Below are positions 43,894 through 52,382 of a DNA stretch of 64,000 nt, one piece after another. Location of the stretch: assembly GCA_021806615.1 (NCBI GenBank), contig JAJZRB010000005.1, positions 4,319-68,318 on the forward strand, in the 5' to 3' direction. The translations under genes and the position numbers were made by a program. Origin of the DNA: a bacterium. GTDB lineage: Bacteria > Patescibacteriota > Patescibacteriia > Patescibacteriales > UBA12465. Numbering within the stretch: the stretch's first letter is position 1; every line of letters starts with the position of its first letter. The notes under the pieces are model-generated. The model had not been told where the DNA came from, made no database searches, and was given only the letters and a program-made list of their open reading frames with translations.

Positions 43894-46467
43894 TCAATCC
43901 GTTAATTCTGTCCGGTGAAAAACTTTCATAATCTCAAAGATTGATAGGGATAAAAGAGCCGCCGCGAAAGCTAGTAAGACTATCTCCCAGCCTAAACGGG
44001 CGAAACTGAAAATATCCCTGAAAAACGGGGTATAAATAGTCAGGGCGAGAAATAATAAAGCGCCGCCGACTATCGGCCACAGGGCTTTATTCTGCCTGAA
44101 TAGGATGATGAAGGTATTGCTGCGCCAAGAACGGTTAGTGAGTATTAAGAGCAGATTAGCGAAGATCAAGGTCGTAAAGGCCGTAGTCCGCGCGCTCGCG
44201 TCGTCAAAGCCGAATATCAAGCAATATTTATAAACGGCTAGGACGACAGCCAAGATGCTTAGTCCTTGGATAAAACTGATGAATAGATTGCTGCGATTCA
44301 GGATAGACTGGCGGGAGTTGCGCGGCCGGCGTTTCATGATATTAAGATCGGCTGGTTCAGCTTCAAACACTACCGAACAGGACGGATCAATGATCAGCTC
44401 TAAGAACATGATATGGGCGGGAAAAAGTATTATCGGCCAGCCGAGGATGAGAGGAATAAGCGTTAAGCCGGCAATCGGGATATGGACCGCTAAAGTATAG
44501 ACTATGGCCCTTTTTAAATTATCAAAAATTCGTCGTCCCTCTTTAATGCCTTTTACCAAGGAAGAAAAATCATCATCTAAGAGAACGATGTCGGCCGCTT
44601 CGCGAGCGACATCAGTTCCGCGGCTTCCCATAGCCACGCCGATATCGGCCGCCTTCAAGGCCGGGCCGTCATTGACGCCGTCGCCGGTCATCACGACTAC
44701 ATGCCGGCTCTTTTGCAAGGCTCTTATGATCTGCAATTTATTTTCCGGAACCATCCGGGCAAAAACGTTTATATGCTTAACGGCGCGGCTTAATTCTTTA
44801 TCGCTGAGGGACTGGAGCTCCGCGCCGGTCAAAGCTTCTTCGGGATTAGCCAGGCCGATCTGTCCGGCGATATTCTTGCCGGTTTCTGGATAATCGCCGG
44901 TAATCATCTTGACCGTAATCCCGGCTTCATAGCATTCTTGAATCGCATCCGCGGCATGGGCGCGGACCGGGTCCATGAAACCTAAGAGGCCGACAAGCTT
45001 GAAAGTAAAACTCCGCGGCGATTCAGGCAGATCCTGGGCTGGAGCGATCGCGGCCGCAACCGCTAAAACCCGCAAGCCGTCCTGAGCCATCTTTTTCACT
45101 TGAGCATGCAAATCATCCTTTTGATCATCTGCCAAGCGGCAAAGTTCCATGATCGCTTCCGGCGCGCCTTTAGAGGCGACGAGCCATCCTTCATCCTGAT
45201 TTTCCCAGACATTAGTCTCCGCCAATAAAGATGAGCTGAGCGGATATTCGCGCTGATGGCGCCAACCATGATAAATGTTTTCTTTCAAAAAAACCTGGCG
45301 TTTCAATTCCTTAATCGCCTTTTCCAAGGGATCGAAAGTTTCCTGATGAGAAGCTAAGGCCGCTATCTTCAAAATCTCGCGCAAAGCGCTATTATCTGCC
45401 GGCGCGATATCATAGATCCTCTCCATAAGAGCGCCTCGGTTAAGATCGCTATCTGCCTCATCATCCGCGAGCCAAATCTGCTTTATCTTCATCTTATTCA
45501 TAGTCAAGGTGCCGGTCTTATCCACGCACAAGACCGTGGCCGCGCCTAAGCTCTCAACAGCGCTCAATTTCCTGATAAGAACCTGGCGCCGCGACATCCG
45601 CCAAGCGCCGATAGATAAGAAGATGGCGAGAACGACCGGAAATTCTTCCGGCAAAATAGACATCGCCAAAGTTAATCCGGATAAAAAACTGCGCAATAAA
45701 TTTCCGGAAAACATGAAGCTAACGGCTATGACAGCCAGACAGAAAGATAATCCGATTATCGATACATATTTGATAAGCCTCTTAATATCCTTCTGGAGCA
45801 AGGTGTTTTCCGTCTTTATGCCGCCGAGCAATTGCCCGATACGGCCCATTTCTGTCGCCGTAGCTACGGCTTTAATAAAAGCCAACCCTTGGCCGGAGAC
45901 GACCATGGTTCCTGAATAGACGCAAATCTGGCTCTCCTCGCCGGGGCGACGCATATCAGAATCCTGATGGCCGGCTTCTTTCTGGACAGAAAGGGCTTCG
46001 CCGGTCAGAAGCGACTCATTAACCGCTAAGTTATTGTTCCAGATCAAGATACCGTCAGCCGGCACCCGGTCGCCTTCATTCAGAAAGACCAAATCCCCCC
46101 TGACTACTTCCCGACCGGCTATTCTCTGATAATGGCTATCTCTCAATACTAGAGCGCGCGGACTAGCCAAGCTCTTTAAAGCCGCGAGAGCTTTCTCTGT
46201 CTTACTCTCCTGATAAATAGTGATGAATATAATGACGAACACAAAAAACAAAAGAACTAAGGCTTCCCGCAGATCTCCAAGTACGACATAAATCAGACCG
46301 CAAGCCAATAAAAGGAGCAACATCGGCTCTTGTATGATATTCCAGGCTAATTGCCAAAAATGACGCTCTTTCTCCCGAGGCAATTCATTATAACCTTCGG
46401 CCATAAGCCGTTCGCGCGCCTGACCGCTAGTGAGGCCGGATAGGCTGGGCGGAATGATATTAGACAT
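43894..46467 (-). CDS. cation-transporting P-type ATPase (P2-type, Ca2+/Mg2+-like)
   Basis: Phosphorylation site CVDKTGTLT, MITGDYPETG, hinge MTGDGVNDGPALKAADIGVAMG, TM4 motif PEEFP. 857 aa. Ion specificity is not determinable by eye. Confidence 0.88.
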   Translation of the reverse strand: MSNIIPPSLSGLTSGQARERLMAEGYNELPREKERHFWQLAWNIIQEPMLLLLLACGLIYVVLGDLREALVLLFFVFVIIFITIYQESKTEKALAALKSLASPRALVLRDSHYQRIAGREVVRGDLVFLNEGDRVPADGILIWNNNLAVNESLLTGEALSVQKEAGHQDSDMRRPGEESQICVYSGTMVVSGQGLAFIKAVATATEMGRIGQLLGGIKTENTLLQKDIKRLIKYVSIIGLSFCLAVIAVSFMFSGNLLRSFLSGLTLAMSILPEEFPVVLAIFLSIGAWRMSRRQVLIRKLSAVESLGAATVLCVDKTGTLTMNKMKIKQIWLADDEADSDLNRGALMERIYDIAPADNSALREILKIAALASHQETFDPLEKAIKELKRQVFLKENIYHGWRHQREYPLSSSLLAETNVWENQDEGWLVASKGAPEAIMELCRLADDQKDDLHAQVKKMAQDGLRVLAVAAAIAPAQDLPESPRSFTFKLVGLLGFMDPVRAHAADAIQECYEAGITVKMITGDYPETGKNIAGQIGLANPEEALTGAELQSLSDKELSRAVKHINVFARMVPENKLQIIRALQKSRHVVVMTGDGVNDGPALKAADIGVAMGSRGTDVAREAADIVLLDDDFSSLVKGIKEGRRIFDNLKRAIVYTLAVHIPIAGLTLIPLILGWPIILFPAHIMFLELIIDPSCSVVFEAEPADLNIMKRRPRNSRQSILNRSNLFISFIQGLSILAVVLAVYKYCLIFGFDDASARTTAFTTLIFANLLLILTNRSWRSNTFIILFRQNKALWPIVGGALLFLALTIYTPFFRDIFSFARLGWEIVLLAFAAALLSLSIFEIMKVFHRTELTD

Positions 46468-46597
46468 AGACAGTTTTCGCTAAAACTATGGGTTATTTAT
46501 TTATTATAACATAAATTAACAAAAAGCCACCGCTTAGCGGCAGCTTTTAAAGCCTAGGTGGGGTTCTTAAACTATCTACACTGTCAATCCGGCGATT

Positions 46598-46975
46598 TTA
46601 TTGCCCCGGCGTAGGAACGGGGGCTCCGGCCGGCCAAGCCTGTCCATTGGGAGCGGTATTCATCATGCTACCCGGGATAAAATTTACAGGAGGATTATCC
46701 GGCTGGATTCCTCGGTCTTGGAAACGCTGGAAATCCTGGCCACAGCCTCCAGACCATCGGCCATCAAAATATGATCTTGAGAATTCCCCTCCTCTTCCGC
46801 CATAATAATGGCTATAACTGTTTTCCCGGTAGCGGCCAGCTTCAAAGCCGATAACCACTCCGACAGATAATAGAGCCACGGTAATGGCGAAAGCCAGCAT
46901 GATTCTAGTCAAACTGCCGCCGCATATTCCATGGCAGCTGCCCCAAGCATGGTCCTTGTAATTTTTTTCTTCCAT
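46598..46975 (-). CDS. hypothetical small membrane protein (Cys/Gly N-terminus, one TM, Gly/Pro-rich tail)
   Basis: 125-aa ORF with GSCHGICGG followed by the TM segment IMLAFAITVALLSVGVVIGF. Confidence 0.5.
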   Translation of the reverse strand: MEEKNYKDHAWGSCHGICGGSLTRIMLAFAITVALLSVGVVIGFEAGRYRENSYSHYYGGRGGEFSRSYFDGRWSGGCGQDFQRFQDRGIQPDNPPVNFIPGSMMNTAPNGQAWPAGAPVPTPGQ

Positions 46976-47001
46976 AAAATTCTTTGATTTAAATTAATTT
47001 A

Positions 47002-47457
47002 TTATTGGACAATATAACCTTGGCTATCTACGACGACGGCCGCATCATCGCGCAAACCCAATTCTTTATCTTCTTTATCGTCTCCCAGGAAGCTCTCTTT
47101 AAAATATAGTTCTTCGCCGGGCTTCAAGACATACTGCTGATTCTTGTATTCTGGATTAGTGGAACTTAAATCTATCTGGGTCGTACCGTCCGGCAAGGAC
47201 TGCTTAGCCATGGCGAACCCGGTAAGCGCGGTCTTAGCCTCCGGAGTCAAACTGCTTCCGGAAATCAAATAATAGTATTGATAGTCTGGCTGATCGGCTA
47301 ATTTAACGCGAGCGTTAACCGCCGGGCCGGCCTCAGGACTAGCCGCCGCTGGGACAGAATTAGCGCCGTTAGGGGTATAATCGCTATTTACGGCCGGCGA
47401 GCTGCAGCCTGCGGCCAATAATAAGACTGCTGGCAAAACCAAATATATTTTTCTCAT
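47002..47457 (-). CDS. putative lipoprotein
   Basis: Lipobox LLAAGCSS after the signal sequence MRKIYLVLPAVL. Confidence 0.65.
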   Translation of the reverse strand: MRKIYLVLPAVLLLAAGCSSPAVNSDYTPNGANSVPAAASPEAGPAVNARVKLADQPDYQYYYLISGSSLTPEAKTALTGFAMAKQSLPDGTTQIDLSSTNPEYKNQQYVLKPGEELYFKESFLGDDKEDKELGLRDDAAVVVDSQGYIVQ

Positions 47458-47490
47458 AAATTTTATGATTATTATAAGTTAGCTAATGAA

Positions 47491-47718
47491 TTATTCCGCC
47501 AAATCTCGCTTCATTTCCTTATACTGTTCTTTAGAGATTTCGCCCTTAGCATACCGCTCTTGCAAAATAACCAGGGCATGATGCCGGCCATGGACATGAT
47601 CAGATTTATCGTGATAATGGCGAGGTTTCAGCAAAGACACTATGGCCCAGATGATCAGGGACCAAAAAACGATCATGAACACCCAGCCAAAACCGAAAAA
47701 TGGATAATAATACATCAT
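47491..47718 (-). CDS. SHOCT-domain small membrane protein
   Basis: N-terminal TM plus C-terminal LQERYAKGEISKEQYKEMKRDL (SHOCT pattern). Confidence 0.7.
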   Translation of the reverse strand: MMYYYPFFGFGWVFMIVFWSLIIWAIVSLLKPRHYHDKSDHVHGRHHALVILQERYAKGEISKEQYKEMKRDLAE

Positions 47719-47811
47719 ATTTTTTTATTAATAAGTTATTCTTAAAATATTTTTTCATTGACTTAGGGGCTATTCCCGCGGTAAAATATAATAAATTCCT
47801 AGCAAAACCAT

Positions 47812-49422
47812 ATGATCAACCCGCGTCTCCTCATAATCGTCCTCGGCTTAGCTATATCCGCCGTTTTTTATCTTATTATCTATGTCCTGATAAAATACGG
47901 GCCGAAATTTTATCGCTTTACTAAATCCATCGCCGCTTCTCTCGGACTAGCCTTAATAAAGAATGAATATATCGCCGGATTCCTGTCCACCCATCAACAA
48001 ATAGCTATCTTCTTGAAAAAGCGTTCCAATCGACGGTCATTTTGGGGCTTGAACGCCACTGTGCTCGGCTTGGCTTTCTTATATACGCTCTTCGCTTTTT
48101 TGGGCTTGATAGAGGATTTCATCACTTCCGCCCCGATCGTCGCGGCTGACGTCCGTCTCAATAACCTCTTACTCTTATTCCGTTCGGATTATTATGTCAG
48201 GATATTCCTAGCTATTACTACGCTTGGCCGAGCAGAAATCATCATCAGCTTAACAGCCATTATTAGCCTATTATTCTGGCTTTGGCACCAAAAAAGCTAT
48301 ATCTTGCCTCTCTGGCTCTCTTTGATAGGTTCCAGCTTATTAAGCTTCTTAAGCAAATTAGCTTTTGAACGTCCTCGGCCGCCCCTAGCGGTCTATACGG
48401 AGACTAGTTTTTCTTTCCCGAGCGGACATGCGACGGCGGCCGTCGCTTTCTATGGTTTTCTTATCTATTTTTTATTGCGCCATACTAGAAGATTACTGAA
48501 TAAGACTTTTATCCTACTCATAGGATTGGCCCTGATACTCGCGCTGGGATTCTCGCGGCTATATTTAGGTGTCCACTATTTAAGCGATGTCTTAGCCGGC
48601 TATCTTCTAGGCGCTCTCTGGCTCATCTTAGGCATAAGCTTCAGCGAGTGGCAATTAGACCGCAAACAAAAATCGGCCGCGACAAGAGACGTCCCGGACA
48701 AGACAAAAGCAAACCTCCGCATAAAACTCATCACGATCATCTTATTGCTCGCCGAAATGGGTTTCTCCCTTTATTTTGCCCTCCATTATCGCCCGGCGCG
48801 ACCGGAAATCGCGGCCGAAAGCCCGGTCTTCGTCGCTGATATTTTCAGCCTGCCCGCCCGATTCACCCTGCCACATTATACAGAAACTATCACCGCCGCC
48901 AGCCAAGAACCTTTGAGCTTTATGGTCTCCGCGCCAAGCGATGAGAGCTTGGTCGCCGATTTCCGCCAAGCCGGCTGGCTTTTGGCCGATCCTATAAACG
49001 ACGAATCGCTAGGCAAGGCCGCGCGGGCCGCTCTCTTCAACCAGCCTTATCCGGACGCTCCTATGACGCCCTCCTTCTGGAATGGTGAAACCCATACGTT
49101 CGGCTTTGAAAAAGCCACTAGAGATAACAGCATCCGGGAGAGGAACCATGCGCGCTTCTGGAAAACCAATATCAAGACTGGCTCAGGAAATACTATTTAT
49201 GTCGGAACCGTCAGCCTGGATACGGGGCTGAAATGGGGCGTCACTCACCGCATAGCGCCGGACATAGACACCGAACGGGAACGTTTATTCCAAGACCTGG
49301 AAAGCTCCGGGAAAATCATGGATTACAGGAAAGAAAACTTCGTACCGCCACTCCTCGGACGAAATTTTACCGGCGACCAATTCTTTACCGACGGCCAGAT
49401 TTACATGCTTATCTTAAAATAA
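47812..49422 (+). CDS. PAP2-family lipid phosphatase fused to an LssY-like C-terminal domain
   Basis: PAP2 motifs KLAFERPRP, PSGH and SRLYLGVHYLSD. The C-terminal ~220 aa (NHARFWKT...TIYVGTVSLD) resemble the LssY_C type. Confidence 0.75.
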   Translation: MINPRLLIIVLGLAISAVFYLIIYVLIKYGPKFYRFTKSIAASLGLALIKNEYIAGFLSTHQQIAIFLKKRSNRRSFWGLNATVLGLAFLYTLFAFLGLIEDFITSAPIVAADVRLNNLLLLFRSDYYVRIFLAITTLGRAEIIISLTAIISLLFWLWHQKSYILPLWLSLIGSSLLSFLSKLAFERPRPPLAVYTETSFSFPSGHATAAVAFYGFLIYFLLRHTRRLLNKTFILLIGLALILALGFSRLYLGVHYLSDVLAGYLLGALWLILGISFSEWQLDRKQKSAATRDVPDKTKANLRIKLITIILLLAEMGFSLYFALHYRPARPEIAAESPVFVADIFSLPARFTLPHYTETITAASQEPLSFMVSAPSDESLVADFRQAGWLLADPINDESLGKAARAALFNQPYPDAPMTPSFWNGETHTFGFEKATRDNSIRERNHARFWKTNIKTGSGNTIYVGTVSLDTGLKWGVTHRIAPDIDTERERLFQDLESSGKIMDYRKENFVPPLLGRNFTGDQFFTDGQIYMLILK

Positions 49423-49452
49423 AAAAGCCCGATTTTTATCGGACTTTTAAAA
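49421..49452 (+). terminator. probable terminator after the PAP2 gene
   Basis: AAAAGCCCGAT-tttt-ATCGGACTTTT with one mismatch. Confidence 0.5.
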
Positions 49453-49471
49453 AATAAACTTTTCCTTTTAA

Positions 49472-49720
49472 TCACCAGAAGCTCATGCATAAAGCACTGG
49501 CTTCTTTTTCTTCCGCGCTGCCGTCTAAGGCGACGCGATAAAGCAATTCCGCTGACATCACATCTTTCAAGATATCCCTGGACAAGCGGCAGGCCAGATA
49601 AAATGACTGCCGGCCGACTTTCCAATTAGGAAAGAATTGGTAAGCTTTCAATGATATTAAAAATGAAAATGTCGGGTGGACGGCTAAAAAAATATTAAAG
49701 AAAAAAGAGAGTCTCTTCAC
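49472..49720 (-). CDS. hypothetical 82-aa protein with a hydrophobic N-terminus
   Basis: GTG start preceded by a perfect AGGAGG 5 nt upstream, and abutting the stop of the upstream 95-aa ORF. Confidence 0.45.
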   Translation of the reverse strand: MKRLSFFFNIFLAVHPTFSFLISLKAYQFFPNWKVGRQSFYLACRLSRDILKDVMSAELLYRVALDGSAEEKEASALCMSFW

Positions 49721-49729
49721 TTTTACCTC

Positions 49730-50017
49730 CTATTGGTTAAAAGAACTTTTCCTAACGTCGGTCTCGGCGAATAATTCGTCGAATAAATCATCCGGAGACT
49801 GCGTTCGGCTTGTGACCTTGCTTTCATCAACCACCCCTTCATAAACTATGACGGAATCGAGAAAACGTTGGGTGGAAACGTCTCCGATGGGCTGGCGACT
49901 ATTGAATTCTTCGCCATTATAGAATTTTCTGACGACCAGGCCGTCAGGGTTCCAGTTATCAGGATTATCAATACAGCTTACTAACTGGTTCAAAGAGAAA
50001 GATAATACTTCGTTCAT
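49730..50017 (-). CDS. hypothetical 95-aa acidic protein
   Basis: ATG preceded by AAGGAGA. The upstream region is AT-rich with a TTGACA. No family recognised. Confidence 0.5.
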   Translation of the reverse strand: MNEVLSFSLNQLVSCIDNPDNWNPDGLVVRKFYNGEEFNSRQPIGDVSTQRFLDSVIVYEGVVDESKVTSRTQSPDDLFDELFAETDVRKSSFNQ

Positions 50018-50176
50018 CTGGTCTCCTTACTTTGTAATTAGTGGATAATGATTTTTTATTGATTAATCTTATTTAATTGTTAATAAAAGAATATATCATA
50101 ATTTATCTATTATTGTCAATAGCCAATAACGCTCTATAAATCACGATATATTCTCTAAAATTACCAATATCTATAT

Positions 50177-50878
50177 CTATTTCCCATACCGCCTCCCTCG
50201 TCGGCCATAGCTTTCCAAGGCTTGAGACAGGTCGCCGCTATCAAATTCCGGCCAATGCTTCTGAGTAAAATATAATTCGCTATAGACTGACTGCCAGGTG
50301 AGAAAGCCGGATAAACGCTGTTCGCCGGAAGTACGGATGATCAAATCAGGATCCGGCCAAGCGGCCAAGTCTAAATTAGCGCTGATTGATTCTTCGGTAA
50401 TGTCTCGGGGAGCTACTTTCTTGGCCGCTAATTTCCTGACAGCGCGGACGATCTCATCCCGGCCGCCATAACTCAGACAAATATTAAGCACTCCTTTCCT
50501 ATTGCCTTTAGTCCTCCGTTCGATCTGCTTCATGCCGTCTTGCAAGCTTTTGTCAAAATCTTGGCGTCTTCCGAAAAAATTAATCCGCACGCCTTTTTTC
50601 ATCAAGAGATCAGCTTCCCTATCAACCAGCAATCGGAATAGCTTCAGCAAATATTCTACTTCCCTTTTTTCCCGCCGCCAATTTTCCGTAGAGAAAGCAT
50701 AGACCGTCAAGATTTCTACGCCGCTCTTAAAAGCGCTGAGAGCGATTCTCTTAATATTCTGGTAGCCGCGGCGATGACCTTCTAAAGTCGGCAGATCGCG
50801 GGCTCTCGCCCAACGCCGGTTGCCGTCCATGATTATTCCGATGTGGCGCGGCACGATTTTTTTATTGTCTGGAGCCAT
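50177..50878 (-). CDS. uppS: undecaprenyl diphosphate synthase (cis-isoprenyl transferase)
   Basis: HIGIIMDGNRRWA, FSTENWRR, IRTSGEQRLSGFLTWQ. Confidence 0.93.
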   Translation of the reverse strand: MAPDNKKIVPRHIGIIMDGNRRWARARDLPTLEGHRRGYQNIKRIALSAFKSGVEILTVYAFSTENWRREKREVEYLLKLFRLLVDREADLLMKKGVRINFFGRRQDFDKSLQDGMKQIERRTKGNRKGVLNICLSYGGRDEIVRAVRKLAAKKVAPRDITEESISANLDLAAWPDPDLIIRTSGEQRLSGFLTWQSVYSELYFTQKHWPEFDSGDLSQALESYGRRGRRYGK

Positions 50879-50913
50879 AATTTAAATCTATAGCCGATCT
50901 TAGAGATAAACAA

Positions 50914-52188
50914 CTAAGCTAAAGCCGCTAAATCGCGCTTTATCGCTTCTTGCAAGAGTTCGGGACTCGCGAATTTTTGGACATCGCGCAATTTCCGCTT
51001 GACTATTATCCTTACTTTTTCGCCATAAATATCCGCCGAAAAATCTTTGATAAAGACCTCTAAAGAAGGCGGCTCATTAAAGACATCCTTGAAGCCGAAA
51101 TGCAATAATCCGGCGTATTCTTTGTCTCTAACCATGGCCGAAACAATATAGACGCCGTGCGGAATATCTAAATCGACCTTGTCTAGATTCGCTGTCGGAA
51201 AACCGAGAGCTTTTCCTCTTCCCTGGCCGTGGACGACTTTCGCCACAAAAGAGGTTTTCGGCTTATCTAAAGACGAGACTTTGAAGAAAGCTAGAAGCAG
51301 GACCAAGGCGGCAAGAATCTGGATCGGGGTCAGATAGTTCTTATTGAAGACATAATCCAAGACTAAGGCGGAAAAAGGCCAGAAGAGCTCTAGAATGGTC
51401 GCGGCCGAGGCTGAAACGCGCCGCAGACCGAAATAATAGATGAACATCGCGCCGGCGCCACTCGTAAAGACAATCAGGACGAGAAGCCACCAATGCCGGA
51501 GATCAATCTGATGGAACTGTAAAATGGCGCCATCCGCCCAAATCAGGATAAAGACCAGGACGGCAGTCAGGCCGAACCGCAGAGCCGCTACAGCCTTATA
51601 GTCTAAATGGTTAGCGACGCGCTTGCCGAAAACCGTGGAAGAGCCGAAGGCAAAAGCGGCTAAGAAAGCGAATAAAGCGGCATTATGCTGCCAATTTATG
51701 GCGCTGATGTCTAGGCCGGTCTTGGCAAAAGCGATGAAATAACTGGCGATTATCGCTAAAGCGGTCCAAAAATAGAAACGGCGCGGCAATTTTTCCTTTA
51801 AAACCAGGCGCGCGAGAAACAGGGCAAAAATCGGCTGGAGCTTTTGCAAAATAACGACCGTGGCAAAAGTCACCTCTCCATTAACAGCGGCGAAAAAGGC
51901 CTTAGTGATCATTATCGTCCCCAAAAGTCCGCCAAATAGGCTGACCCAGAGGACTGAACCCCAGCTCTTATAGCTTAATGATTTGATCTTTTCCCAATCG
52001 TAGAAGATAAAAGGCGCCAGAACCATGAACCCTAAGGCATGTTCACAAAAAACCACTAATTCCGCCGGCAATAAGTAGAATTGCGGCCTGATAAACAAGC
52101 CATCAATGCTCCACAATAGAGCGGCAAGCATGATTGCCGCCGCACCGGCTAAAGTATAGGGATTAAATCTGGATAATATTTTTTTCAT
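50914..52188 (-). CDS. fusion protein: EamA/DMT-family 10-TM permease + riboflavin kinase domain
   Basis: Residues ~1-300 are hydrophobic EamA-like halves. Residues ~305-424 carry VVHGQGRGKALGFPTANL, HGVYIV, LEVFIKDFSADIYGEKVRI and DVQKFASPELLQEAIKRD (RibF C-terminal-type kinase). Confidence 0.75.
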   Translation of the reverse strand: MKKILSRFNPYTLAGAAAIMLAALLWSIDGLFIRPQFYLLPAELVVFCEHALGFMVLAPFIFYDWEKIKSLSYKSWGSVLWVSLFGGLLGTIMITKAFFAAVNGEVTFATVVILQKLQPIFALFLARLVLKEKLPRRFYFWTALAIIASYFIAFAKTGLDISAINWQHNAALFAFLAAFAFGSSTVFGKRVANHLDYKAVAALRFGLTAVLVFILIWADGAILQFHQIDLRHWWLLVLIVFTSGAGAMFIYYFGLRRVSASAATILELFWPFSALVLDYVFNKNYLTPIQILAALVLLLAFFKVSSLDKPKTSFVAKVVHGQGRGKALGFPTANLDKVDLDIPHGVYIVSAMVRDKEYAGLLHFGFKDVFNEPPSLEVFIKDFSADIYGEKVRIIVKRKLRDVQKFASPELLQEAIKRDLAALA

Positions 52189-52382
52189 CCCTTAATTATA
52201 GCGTAATCGCCCTGATTTCCGCAATAAGCTTCAAAAGAGACGGAGTTATCAACTTGTGCTTAGTCTCATATTATTAGATAATGGAGATAACAATAATAAA
52301 AAGGAGTTATTATTGTTTAAAAGGACTTTAACATTCCAAAACATAATACCTATTCACCAACCACAAATATTGAGGCAGACAT

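Noticed and set aside
49401-49625. 74-aa minus-strand ORF downstream of the PAP2 gene
   Set aside because: It overlaps the 3' end and terminator of the PAP2 gene and competes with the 82-aa ORF, which has a perfect AGGAGG RBS. It is Arg-rich and looks like a shadow frame.
52189-52382. FMN (RFN) riboswitch upstream of the DMT-riboflavin kinase fusion
   Set aside because: The 190-bp divergent intergenic region is AT-rich. It lacks the conserved RFN core segments that I can recall (the GGAUAGU...CCGAC...GGAUGG type).
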